Positions 36,554 to 46,082 of a stretch of 56,642 nt of DNA are shown here, one piece after another; position 1 is the first letter of the stretch; each line of letters begins with the position of its first letter. The position numbers and the translations under genes were made by a program. Source of the stretch: an uncultured Chitinophagaceae bacterium (GTDB taxonomy: Bacteria; Bacteroidota; Ignavibacteria; UBA10030; UBA8401). The notes below the pieces were generated by a model. That model ran no database searches and was not told where the DNA came from. It saw nothing but the letters and a program-made list of their open reading frames with translations. Where the stretch lies: the NCBI GenBank assembly GCA_964384415.1, contig CAYLMV010000002.1, positions 24,389-81,030 of the forward strand, written 5' to 3'.

Positions 36554-36630
36554 GAACATCCTTTGCTGTTGTACAAAATAAATCGCACCCCCTAGAAAAT
36601 ACGGAATTCTTCAGATCAACTCAATGCATT

Positions 36631-37941
36631 TCAGAAACTATTGTCCAGCGCTCTCCGGAGATCGTAGATAATATCCTCGGCTTTCTCAAGACCGACGGAG
36701 AGACGGATTCCCTCGGGATCAATTCCGCGTTTCAATTGTTCTTCCGGCGGGATGGCGGCATGGGTCATGGAGCCGGGGTGCTCGATGAGTGTCCGGATCG
36801 TTCCGAGACTCACCGCAAGCGTGATCGTATACGATTTCTTGGCGATGAAATTGACCAGAGAATCGGCGCGGCGCCTCCGCTCTTTCGGCGTACTCCCTTT
36901 CGGAAGGAAGTACAGAAGAGTCCCGGGGGCAAAATTTCCGTCGTAGTCGACAAGCTGGGAATGAGCCAACGATCGCTGTGGAAATGAATCGAGGCCGGGA
37001 TAACTCACCGACGCGATTCGCTTGTCGCGCTCAAGCGCCTCCGCGACTTTTTGCGCAGACTCAATTTGCTGACGGAACCGTACCGCAAGCGACGGAAGTC
37101 CGTAGACAAGAATCGGCCAGGCGCTCTTTGTCGCCAGCACCCCGCCGAAATCCTTACGGTATAACATCAGGTGGTCGTAACTCCATTGCGGACCGATGAC
37201 GACTCCCCCCATGTCCGTGCTGAAACCGCATAACCCCTTCGTAAGAGATTCCACCACAAAGTCGACCCCGAAGGACATGGGCCGTTGACAAAAGGGAGTC
37301 GCAAACGTGTTGTCCACCACAGTGAAGATGCGGTGCAGAGGTGTCCGATGCGCGTTGTGCAGCTTGGCCAGCGCTACGATCTTCTGAATATCGATGAGCT
37401 CCATCGTCGGATTCACCGGCGTTTCAAAATAGAGCATGCGCGTTTGCGGCGTGATGGCCTTGCTCAACGCTTTGGCGTCGTTGAAGTCTACCCAGGTGAC
37501 CTTAATCTTGTACCGCGGGTACCAGTTTTTGAAGAGAGAATAAGTGCACCCATACAACATTTTGTGCGCGACGATCTCGCTCCCCGTGCCGGCGAGGATC
37601 CCGCACACGGCAGAGATCGCCGCCATCCCCGTCGAAAATGTAATGGCGCACTCTCCCCCTTCGGCCATCGCCAGATTTTCTTCCAGAATCTCCTTGTTGG
37701 GTTCGCCGAGACGGTCATAAATATAGATCGGGGCCTTCGATTTTACCTGAAAATCATCTCCGTGATGCGCGAATTCTATGAAGCCTTTCGCGCCGCGTTT
37801 CGTCGTGTCGAGCCGATACGTAGAAGATGACGAGATTGGGGGAATAAGATGGTGGCTGTAATCCCACTTTGTCGTGTAGGGTTTTCCGTAGATGAGCCGT
37901 GTTTCGGCGGCGTATGCTCTTGCCTTCGATTTCTTTTTCAT
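36631..37941 (-). CDS. PLP-dependent Cys/Met metabolism enzyme (methionine gamma-lyase-like)
   Basis: FSTGMAAI, LYGCTY, YFETPVNP, VDNTFATP, SLTK (PLP Lys), AVSLG...LIEHPGSMTH, IRLSVGLE. Confidence 0.88.
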   Translation of the reverse strand: MKKKSKARAYAAETRLIYGKPYTTKWDYSHHLIPPISSSSTYRLDTTKRGAKGFIEFAHHGDDFQVKSKAPIYIYDRLGEPNKEILEENLAMAEGGECAITFSTGMAAISAVCGILAGTGSEIVAHKMLYGCTYSLFKNWYPRYKIKVTWVDFNDAKALSKAITPQTRMLYFETPVNPTMELIDIQKIVALAKLHNAHRTPLHRIFTVVDNTFATPFCQRPMSFGVDFVVESLTKGLCGFSTDMGGVVIGPQWSYDHLMLYRKDFGGVLATKSAWPILVYGLPSLAVRFRQQIESAQKVAEALERDKRIASVSYPGLDSFPQRSLAHSQLVDYDGNFAPGTLLYFLPKGSTPKERRRRADSLVNFIAKKSYTITLAVSLGTIRTLIEHPGSMTHAAIPPEEQLKRGIDPEGIRLSVGLEKAEDIIYDLRRALDNSF

Positions 37942-38311
37942 GGAAATACTCCTTTCGGCAATAGGCTAAGATCTCTCAAGCCGCATGCCCGGTTTCAGAA
38001 ACAACGCGCGATCCAGACAATCGGAGAAAACAGAAAGATTCCCAAAAGAACGAATCGATTTCCATTTTCAATAAGCACACCTCTTCGAATGCCTGTCCAT
38101 AGCGCATCTGCCATTCGCCGGTTGGATCGGGTCCCATATGGAATAGATTCACTCAAAGCCACTCCCTGCATTCGTTCGGTTGCGCGCCGTTCCACATATC
38201 ATTGATATGCCGTCAGGTGTCGCAAGTATCGTACCAAAGCGCATCATATATAGGTGGGTTAACTGACAGGTTAGCAGGGAATGGATGGCGAATTTAACTG
38301 GCTTGAAATAG

Positions 38312-38353
38312 AAAAGCCGCACCTTTTGTCCGGGGTGCGGCTTTCTTTTTTTT
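38312..38353. terminator. Intrinsic terminator after the ferritin gene (U-tracts on both strands)
   Basis: aaaagccgcacc-ttttgtccgg-ggtgcggcttt followed by ctttttttt. Confidence 0.8.
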
Positions 38354-38376
38354 GAATGATCTCGACGGCGGTGGTT

Positions 38377-38871
38377 CTACTTGCTTGCCCTCGCTGCCAA
38401 TTGACGATCCATCATGATGATGCTCACCGGGGAATCGTCGATCATCTTCAACTGGTCCAGAATATCTCCCGCAGTCCTTTCCTCTTCTACTTGCTCGGTG
38501 ATAAACCACTGGAGCATGATTTGGGTGGGATAGTCTTTCTCTTTGACCGCGAGTTCGTACAGTTTGGTGATCATTCCGGTCACTTTTTGTTCATGCTCAA
38601 GCACTTGCTTGAAGACATCTGCCGGAGATTTGAATTTCGTCTGGGGCTTTTCAATAACATCAAGTTCGACGTGGCCGTTTCGTTCGATGACATATCCGTA
38701 GAACTTCATCGCATGACCGTACTCCTCGCCGCTCTGCACGCGCATCCAGCTGGCAAAGCCGGACAAATTCGCCTCGGCAAAATGCGAAGACATGGCTAAG
38801 TAAAGATAGGAAGAGTAGATCTCCTTGTTGATCTGGTGGTTCAGGGCATCCTGTATCGCCTTACTGAGCAT
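38377..38871 (-). CDS. ftnA: Non-heme ferritin
   Basis: LNHQINKEIYSSYLYLAMS, EEYGHAMK, LQWFITEQVEEE. Confidence 0.95.
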   Translation of the reverse strand: MLSKAIQDALNHQINKEIYSSYLYLAMSSHFAEANLSGFASWMRVQSGEEYGHAMKFYGYVIERNGHVELDVIEKPQTKFKSPADVFKQVLEHEQKVTGMITKLYELAVKEKDYPTQIMLQWFITEQVEEERTAGDILDQLKMIDDSPVSIIMMDRQLAARASK

Positions 38872-39081
38872 CGCGCTCTCCTTTCAAAAGAATGAGAAAA
38901 CTTGTGATTGCATTGTTGCTCTCAATATAACAATCTGAACCTTGTGATGCATCTCAGGAGGTCTGCCGAGCAATAGTTCATCATTTGAGCGCTCGTGGGT
39001 TGTTGGAAATGCTGTGCAGCGTCATCCTGTGGACCCGTACACATACTCAAATAGCGACACTATCGGCTCATGAAGAATAGC

Positions 39082-39096
39082 AGCCTTCCGAAGGCT
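39082..39096. repeat. REP-like palindrome AGCCTTC-C-GAAGGCT at the glgP 3' end
   Basis: Perfect 7-bp arms; the 15-mer gcagccttccgaagg recurs on the minus strand at 47603-47617. Confidence 0.7.
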
Positions 39097-39100
39097 TGCT

Positions 39101-41662
39101 TCATGCCCACAACACCAACCCCTGTTTCGAAGGGTTGTCGATGTCCTGGTTCCTGGGGAGGACACGGATCGTGTAGCCATGGCGTCCGCTTGAATCCGAC
39201 TTGATCGTGCCGACAAATTCGAACACTGTCCCTTTCGGTTTTCCGAACGGGGTCATCCTGCCGACCGTCGGATTGACAATTGCGCCGTTGGAATCGAGCG
39301 CTCCGTGATAAAGTTCGAGCGAGACGTCTTCCGGGGTGAGATTTACAAGATCGATGCTTGCCCGGACATCGAGCGATTCGCCGACTTTCATTCCCTTTTG
39401 ACCATCCGATGTAATCTCGATGAACCTCAGTCCGGGCCAATTTGACTGGAGCTTCATCCGCCAGGCCGCAAGCGCCTTTGCTCCCCGCAGCTTGTCGCCG
39501 GAGAGGGAAACAGAATGAGAGTGTGCCCGCAGGTAGTAATCTTCCGTGTACTGCCTGACCATCCGGTTTGTGTTAAAGACCGGGCAAATTTCCCTCATTG
39601 AGGTCTTCATCTTGCTGATCCATGCACGCGGCAAGCCGTCTCCGCCTCGGTTGTAAAATAATGGAACGAGTTCTTTTTCGAGCAAATCGTACAGGGCATT
39701 CGATTCGACTTCGTCCTGGTAATTATCGTCCCCATATTCTTCTCCCCGGCCGATCGCCCATCCGGTATTGGAGTTGTATCCTTCAACCCACCATCCATCG
39801 AGAACGCTGAGATTCAGCGCTCCATTGACAGCCGCTTTCATCCCGCTTGTGCCGCTTGCCTCAAGAGGACGCTTCGGCGTATTGAGCCACACATCAACGC
39901 CCTGAACGAGATAGCGTGCGACGACCATGTCGTAGTCTTCAATAAAGACGACTCGCCGCCGCACTTCCGGCTGTCTGGCAAAATGGAGAATCTCCCGGAT
40001 CAATTCTTTGCCCGGGTTGTCCATCGGATGGGCCTTCCCCGCGAAAATGATCTGCACGGGACGGTCCTTATCATTAAGAATGCGAATGAGTCTCTCTGCA
40101 TCTCGGAGAAGCAGCGTTGCTCGCTTATAGGTCGCGTACCTGCGCGCAAAGCCGATCGTCAGAGCATCCGAATTGAGGACTTCAGCTCCTTGAGCGACTT
40201 CCGTTCTGAGCGCTCCGCGCGATTCCAGCTGGCTGCGAAGCCGCTGCCGGGCAAATGCGACGAGCCGTTCCCGACGCCGCTCATGAGTCCGCCACAACTC
40301 CTCGTCTGGAATGCGATGCACGAAACTCCAGAGGGCGTTCTCGTTCATATCATCTTTCCATCGCGGGCCGAGGTATCGTTCAAACAGCCCGGCCATATCG
40401 CGGCTAACCCAAGAGGGGACGTGAACGCCGTTCGTAATGGAACCAATCGGCGTATCGGCGACCGGGATGCCCGGCCACACATTCTGCCACATCGCCCGGG
40501 AAACCTCTCCGTGGAGCTTGCTCACTCCGTTGCTGTAGGCGGACATCCGCAACGCCAGGATGGTCATACAAAAATCTTCCGCGTCGTCGTTGAGGTTTCT
40601 TCGCCCGAGCCCTAAGAATTCCTTTCGGCTGAGGCCGCACTTCCTATAAAAATCAACGAAGTACTTGTCCATGAGGGCAGGCGTAAAATAGTCGTTCCCT
40701 GCCGGTACCGGTGTATGAGTGGTGAAAACGGTCCCGGCTGTTGCAGCTTCGCGCGCTTCCGAGAAAGAGATGCCGTACTCGTTCATCAACTGCCGGCACA
40801 GTTCGAGCGATAGAAACGCCGAATGCCCTTCGTTCATATGGCATACGGTCGGCCGCATACCTATGGCGCACAGCGCTCGGTAACCGCCGATCCCGAGCAT
40901 GATTTCCTGTTTGATCCTGATCTCGCGGTCGCCGCCGTACAGCTGATCGGTAATATCCTGGTCTTCCTGCGAGTTGAGAGGGATGTTGGTATCCAGAAGA
41001 AACACGGGAATTCGACCAGCCTGGACTCTCCATACCTGGGCAAAGACATTTCGGCCGGGAAATTCGACGCTTATCGTGACCGGCTTCTCATCCTTATCCC
41101 GCTCAATCTGAATCGGCTGGGTATAGAAATCATTTTCAGGATGACGTTCCTGCTGCCATCCGTCGGCGTTGAGATATTGGCTGAAGTACCCCTGCTGATA
41201 GAGGAGTCCCACGCCGATGAGCGGAACGCCAAGATCGCTCGCCGATTTGATATGATCGCCGGAGAGAATCCCGAGACCTCCCGAATAGTTCGGGAGACAC
41301 TCGGTCAATCCAAATTCCGCCGAAAAATATGCAATGGTGGGAGTGCTCTCTTTACCATGCTTCTTTTGATACCAGCTCGAGCTCATGTCGAGGTACTGGC
41401 TGTAACGATCCCAGGCCCGGTCGAGCTCTCCAAGAAATGCTTCATCGCGCGAGAGCGTATTGAGACGTTCTTGCTTGATGGCGCCGAGCATCTGCACGGG
41501 GTTGTGGTGCGATGCTTCCCACAGATCTGTATCGAGCCGCATGAACAACTCGAGGAGTTCATGATCCCACACCCACACAAGATTGTACGCGAGGGCATAA
41601 AGGCGCTGAAGCGGTTCGGGAAGCGATGGGGCGATTGAATAAGTGAAAATCGGGCGAGTCAT
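39101..41662 (-). CDS. glgP: Alpha-glucan (glycogen) phosphorylase
   Basis: YFSAEFGL, YSGGLGILSGDH, HMNEGH, GFARRYATYKRA, EASGTSGMKA (PLP Lys); start revised to ATG 41662 with GGAGG RBS. Confidence 0.96.
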   Translation of the reverse strand: MTRPIFTYSIAPSLPEPLQRLYALAYNLVWVWDHELLELFMRLDTDLWEASHHNPVQMLGAIKQERLNTLSRDEAFLGELDRAWDRYSQYLDMSSSWYQKKHGKESTPTIAYFSAEFGLTECLPNYSGGLGILSGDHIKSASDLGVPLIGVGLLYQQGYFSQYLNADGWQQERHPENDFYTQPIQIERDKDEKPVTISVEFPGRNVFAQVWRVQAGRIPVFLLDTNIPLNSQEDQDITDQLYGGDREIRIKQEIMLGIGGYRALCAIGMRPTVCHMNEGHSAFLSLELCRQLMNEYGISFSEAREAATAGTVFTTHTPVPAGNDYFTPALMDKYFVDFYRKCGLSRKEFLGLGRRNLNDDAEDFCMTILALRMSAYSNGVSKLHGEVSRAMWQNVWPGIPVADTPIGSITNGVHVPSWVSRDMAGLFERYLGPRWKDDMNENALWSFVHRIPDEELWRTHERRRERLVAFARQRLRSQLESRGALRTEVAQGAEVLNSDALTIGFARRYATYKRATLLLRDAERLIRILNDKDRPVQIIFAGKAHPMDNPGKELIREILHFARQPEVRRRVVFIEDYDMVVARYLVQGVDVWLNTPKRPLEASGTSGMKAAVNGALNLSVLDGWWVEGYNSNTGWAIGRGEEYGDDNYQDEVESNALYDLLEKELVPLFYNRGGDGLPRAWISKMKTSMREICPVFNTNRMVRQYTEDYYLRAHSHSVSLSGDKLRGAKALAAWRMKLQSNWPGLRFIEITSDGQKGMKVGESLDVRASIDLVNLTPEDVSLELYHGALDSNGAIVNPTVGRMTPFGKPKGTVFEFVGTIKSDSSGRHGYTIRVLPRNQDIDNPSKQGLVLWA

Positions 41663-41721
41663 ATTTCCTCCGTCTGCAACGTTGAGGGAAAAAGCCAATC
41701 GAAGCCTAGTAAACTTTTCGG

Positions 41722-43335
41722 CTAATGCAATTCATCGAGCGGCAGGCCGTCTACCGTACGCGGATAATTAATCCTGAGGATGAGGGCAAGCGTCGGCGCT
41801 ATATCAACCGTGTGAACTTCTCGCCCGACGTTCAATGCTCTTGTTCCGTCTCCCCAGAAAACGATGGGGACGTGAGTATCATAACGGTACACTGACCCAT
41901 GACTCGTTCCGGTGGGACTCTCTTCGATAAGATAGTACTCACGGAAGCGGACTTGAAAGTCTTCCCCTCGTCCCGGATAATAACTTCGCCTGAACTCATC
42001 CAGGTACGGCCGCTCCGGAGTGGCCGGATTCAGAAGTTCACGTCGGAAGAACAGATCCGCGACGCAGGAGATCGTCCGCATGGCATCGCCGACGCGTTGT
42101 TCGAACTGAAGGCTGTCTTTGCCGACACGGAGAGCCTCGCGGTAATTCAGAAATCCTCGTTCTTCAAAGATCGATTTGTTCATTCCCCATTCCGTCCGGA
42201 TTGCCCAATCGATTGAATCGAGCTGCGGTTTTAACTGGGACTGATACAGAACGCGGTGTGCTTCCTGGTGTCGGTATTGAACGAGGAATTCCGGAAGCGG
42301 CATCACGCCGTGATCGGCGCTGAGCACCACAAGCACATTGGACCTTCCCACTGCGGAATCCACAAAAGAGAGGAACGACCCGAGACCCGCATCGAGCCGG
42401 AACAACAGGTCCATGATCTCATGACTGTTCGGTCCGAACGCGTGCCCGACGTAGTCGCAATCGGAAAGGCTGACACACAGGATGTCGGGAACGCCGCGTT
42501 GTCCAAGTTTTTCATAGGTGATCGCCTTGCGGGCAAAGTCCAGAACAAGAAGGTCGCCATAGGGAGAAGTCAGAATCTGGCCCGCCTTCTTCGCGGGAGA
42601 GAATCGATGCGGGAATGATGAAGAAGAATCCCATTTTGCCTCGGAGACAAAATCGTCCGGACCTTCTCTCTCATAGACACTGTCGGGGAGTAGTTTCGTC
42701 CATGCAGCCGGCACGTGGTTCGCCACCCAGCCGGAATTGTTAAAATCTCTTGTCCAATCCGGGAGATGCCCGGTGTAATAATCGGAAGTCGTCATATGAC
42801 CGCTCTTCCGGCTGTACCAAAAGGCGTAGTCGGGATGTTTCCCTCCCATCAGGATCGCCGCGCGATCCTTGCCGGAGATGGCGATCACTTTGGATTTGGG
42901 GGATGAGGCCTTGAGCCAATCGCCGACAGCCGGCACGAGCAAGTTATCGGGGGACGATCCGCCTCCTTCGCCATCCACCTCGTGCGCGGTACTGTCTTCC
43001 ACGCAGTAAACCGATTTCCGGGTGACAGGATTGATCCATTCATTTTCAAGGATGCCGCTGGTCTTTGGGTATGCGCCTGTGCTCAGGGAGGCATGTCCTA
43101 AACACGTGACGCTCGAGGCATAGTTGAGCCCTGCGTTCGAGAAGAAAGTCCCCTCCATGTAGAGACTCTTCAGGCCTCCGGTAAAATACGGCGAGAAACG
43201 ATCGAAATAGTCCTCGCGCATTTGATCGACGGAGATGAAAACCACCAATCGCGGTGGCTCGAGTGCGTGCACGGGGAGCGAGAGAAGAAGGGCGGCGATG
43301 ACCGATGAGAGAAGAACCCGGCGGATGCTGAGCAT
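41722..43335 (-). CDS. Alkaline phosphatase superfamily protein (PafA-like)
   Basis: Signal peptide; VVFISVDQMR, TCLGHASLSTG, DYVGHAFGP, SADHG, SHGS.Y.YDTHVP. Confidence 0.9.
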   Translation of the reverse strand: MLSIRRVLLSSVIAALLLSLPVHALEPPRLVVFISVDQMREDYFDRFSPYFTGGLKSLYMEGTFFSNAGLNYASSVTCLGHASLSTGAYPKTSGILENEWINPVTRKSVYCVEDSTAHEVDGEGGGSSPDNLLVPAVGDWLKASSPKSKVIAISGKDRAAILMGGKHPDYAFWYSRKSGHMTTSDYYTGHLPDWTRDFNNSGWVANHVPAAWTKLLPDSVYEREGPDDFVSEAKWDSSSSFPHRFSPAKKAGQILTSPYGDLLVLDFARKAITYEKLGQRGVPDILCVSLSDCDYVGHAFGPNSHEIMDLLFRLDAGLGSFLSFVDSAVGRSNVLVVLSADHGVMPLPEFLVQYRHQEAHRVLYQSQLKPQLDSIDWAIRTEWGMNKSIFEERGFLNYREALRVGKDSLQFEQRVGDAMRTISCVADLFFRRELLNPATPERPYLDEFRRSYYPGRGEDFQVRFREYYLIEESPTGTSHGSVYRYDTHVPIVFWGDGTRALNVGREVHTVDIAPTLALILRINYPRTVDGLPLDELH

Positions 43336-43562
43336 GATCTGATTGTTTCCCTGCCTATTGGCTCAAAGATACGACAAAGTTGATAGGATAGATAGCCTAT
43401 TCCGAAAAATCTTTTTTTTGTGTATCTTGATTTATTAATGAAATGTTACGAGATAACCGAGAAGAGGCCAAGAAATTCGGAAATGTCTTTCGTCGAAGCC
43501 TTTTCCGATCTTGCGGTTGGGCCTCCAACGTAAATCAATTCACCATTAACTTAGGACTCCCC

Positions 43563-45071
43563 ATGCGTTTCTCCCCGTTGAAATCGTTGCTTATTGCGGC
43601 CTGTTTTTCGGTCTTCTTGAGCTGTTCGCTTCTCTCGCAGCCGAAGACGCTCACAATTCTTCACACGAACGACCTCCACGCGAATTTCATTCCTCACGAA
43701 GCAACCTGGATAAGGACGACGCCAAAGCCGATGGCTGGAGGGTTCAACGAACTATCCATTGCCATCGACAGTATTCGACACACCAATAACGCAACGCTGT
43801 TGCTTGACGCAGGGGATGTCATGACCGGCAACCCGGTCACCGAATACGCGTACCACGGAGCATTGGGAGGAGCCCTGTTTGAAATGATGAATATGATCGG
43901 GTATGAAGCCTGGTGCTTTGGCAACCACGACTTTGACCTCGGTCAAAAGAACTTGCTCCAACTGACCAAGATCGCTCAATTCCCCACCCTCTCGGCGAAC
44001 GTGGTCAATGACGACAACGGGTATCCCCTCAACAACAAGCCGTATACCATCATCCAGAAGAACGGATTGACCATTGGTATTATCGGCATTATGTCGCAAC
44101 AACTGTATGGGTTGGTCAATCAGACAAACCTTGTCGGCATCAAAGTGCTTTCGCCGACCGCGACCGCTCAGAAATTCATCGATGAACTGCTCCCGAAAAC
44201 CGATCTTATTATCGCCCTGACACACGAGGGTGTCGAAGACGATTCTCTTCTCGCCACAAAAGTGACAGGGCTGAACGTTATCGTCGGCGGACACTCTCAC
44301 ACGCGTCTGAAGGCGCCGAAACTTGTCAACGGGGTCATTATTGTTCAAGCCGGTACCGCCGCGGAATACTTAGGAGTGCTGAACTTGTCGGTCGAGAATA
44401 AGAAGGTTGTGAGTTACAACGGTTCTCTGCTTTCATTGTGGTACAATGGCTCGCGGCCGAAGACTACGCTATCGACGTTCATCGATTCTGTGCAGCGTGG
44501 AATTGAACTTGACTACAGCCAGGACATCGGCACGCTGAAAGAGGATTGGGTGCGGAACGACAACGGAGAATCCGGGATCGGCAATTTTATTTCGGACGCC
44601 CAGCGTGAAGCTGCCCATGCCGATGTCGGCTTCATGAACGACTTCGGCATCCGAAAGAACCTCAGCGCAGGCCCTATCTCCAAAAGAGATGTTTTTGAAG
44701 TTCTTCCCTTCAGAAACATCCTTACGACATTTACTCTCACCGGTGCCGAACTAAAGACCATTGTCCTCAACTACATCGAACAAGATCTCAAAATCCAGAC
44801 TTCGGGCATACGCTGCGAATGGAAGCGCAATGCAGAAGGAAAAGTCGAGATCCTTAAACTCGAGATCAACGGAAGGCCGTTTGACGAAAAAGGAAGCTAC
44901 ACCGGAGCGGCAAGCGACTATTTTGTCGGGGAAGCGAAGCATTATCTCGGCATGGAGATCCTCCATCCAATATACCTGCAGCGCACGGTGTTCGAGGCGA
45001 TCGAAAAGAAAGTGCGGGATGAGAAGGTTGTGGATTCGAAAGTCGAAAACAGGATAAAAGAAATCAAGTAG
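43563..45071 (+). CDS. Secreted 5'-nucleotidase / metallophosphoesterase
   Basis: HTNDLH, DAGD, GNHDFD, LTHEG, GGHSH plus a 5'-nucleotidase C-domain; start revised to ATG 43563. Confidence 0.92.
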   Translation: MRFSPLKSLLIAACFSVFLSCSLLSQPKTLTILHTNDLHANFIPHEATWIRTTPKPMAGGFNELSIAIDSIRHTNNATLLLDAGDVMTGNPVTEYAYHGALGGALFEMMNMIGYEAWCFGNHDFDLGQKNLLQLTKIAQFPTLSANVVNDDNGYPLNNKPYTIIQKNGLTIGIIGIMSQQLYGLVNQTNLVGIKVLSPTATAQKFIDELLPKTDLIIALTHEGVEDDSLLATKVTGLNVIVGGHSHTRLKAPKLVNGVIIVQAGTAAEYLGVLNLSVENKKVVSYNGSLLSLWYNGSRPKTTLSTFIDSVQRGIELDYSQDIGTLKEDWVRNDNGESGIGNFISDAQREAAHADVGFMNDFGIRKNLSAGPISKRDVFEVLPFRNILTTFTLTGAELKTIVLNYIEQDLKIQTSGIRCEWKRNAEGKVEILKLEINGRPFDEKGSYTGAASDYFVGEAKHYLGMEILHPIYLQRTVFEAIEKKVRDEKVVDSKVENRIKEIK

Positions 45072-45289
45072 CAGGCCGTACAGGCCTGCGACAAGAAATA
45101 TCGCACCGAGTTGCACTTAACATTTTTTTCTTGATAGCGCCGCCAGGAGCAACATGATCTAGCAGTCAACAGCCTTAAGCGCAAAGAGTTCCTTCGGAGC
45201 GAAAAACGGACAAGAGAACGAATTCGCACCGAAGTTGTTCACTTCCCATCGCGCACGACAATTTAGCAACCTTCAAGAAAGGATATTTC

Positions 45290-46003
45290 ATGAACAATAA
45301 ACATTTCCCGATCCTTATCATCATCGGCCGCCCTGCTGCCGGAAAATCCGAAGTCATAGATTTCTTGAAGAAGACAGACTCGCGACAGCGAAGTGAAAAA
45401 TTTCACATCGGCGAGTTCGAGGAACTGGACGACTTCGTTTATGTGTGGGAGACCTTCGAGGCCGATGACATCCTTTCGAAGCACGGCAGACCGCGCAAGT
45501 GGACCGACAAGAAATACTGGTTCAAAGATGAATTCATCTGGAACCTCTACATCGAGCGCATCAGCCTGGAATACCGAAAAAAGCTTGCCCGCAATCCCGC
45601 CTATCACGAGAAGATGACGACCCTCATCGAATTCGCGCGCGGCGGAAAAAACGGGATCCGCGAAGCGCTGACGTACCTTCATGAGGATATTCTGCAGCAT
45701 GCGGCGTTGATGTATATCCGCGTATCGTACGAGGAGTCCGTCAGAAAGAATCACCGCCGTGCGCGGAAGGGACAGGAAGATTCCATCCTTTATCACTCCC
45801 TGCCGGACGAGAAGATGGAGTACTACTACAAGACGAACGACTGGAACAAACTGGAGAAGAAAGACCCGAACTTCATCACCGTGAAGGGTTTTAAAATTCC
45901 GTACGCAGTTTTTGAAAACGAGCCGGAGAAGACCCTGGATCCGTCGCTGATAAGCCGGGAATTAGAGCGGGTAACGACAAAACTGTGGGCGCTGAAGAAA
46001 TAA
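45290..46003 (+). CDS. Uncharacterised P-loop NTPase/kinase-like protein
   Basis: IIIIGRPAAGKS Walker A near the N-terminus, LIEFARG, YIRVSYEESVRKN; nucleoside/sugar-kinase-like topology. Confidence 0.75.
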   Translation: MNNKHFPILIIIGRPAAGKSEVIDFLKKTDSRQRSEKFHIGEFEELDDFVYVWETFEADDILSKHGRPRKWTDKKYWFKDEFIWNLYIERISLEYRKKLARNPAYHEKMTTLIEFARGGKNGIREALTYLHEDILQHAALMYIRVSYEESVRKNHRRARKGQEDSILYHSLPDEKMEYYYKTNDWNKLEKKDPNFITVKGFKIPYAVFENEPEKTLDPSLISRELERVTTKLWALKK

Positions 46004-46082
46004 AGAAGTCAGATTTGCAGGATCCTTCTGCGGATGATCAAATAAGAATCATCACTGATCCCGCTGTGTGAAACGAACGCGG

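Noticed and set aside
37995-38195. 66-aa ORF with a hydrophobic C-terminus upstream of the PLP enzyme
   Set aside because: No RBS, no recognisable motif and no coupling to neighbours; cannot be supported without homology data.
38259-38273. aactgacaggtt as a copy of the RAYT REP
   Set aside because: A single imperfect match that needs an indel; not distinguishable from chance.
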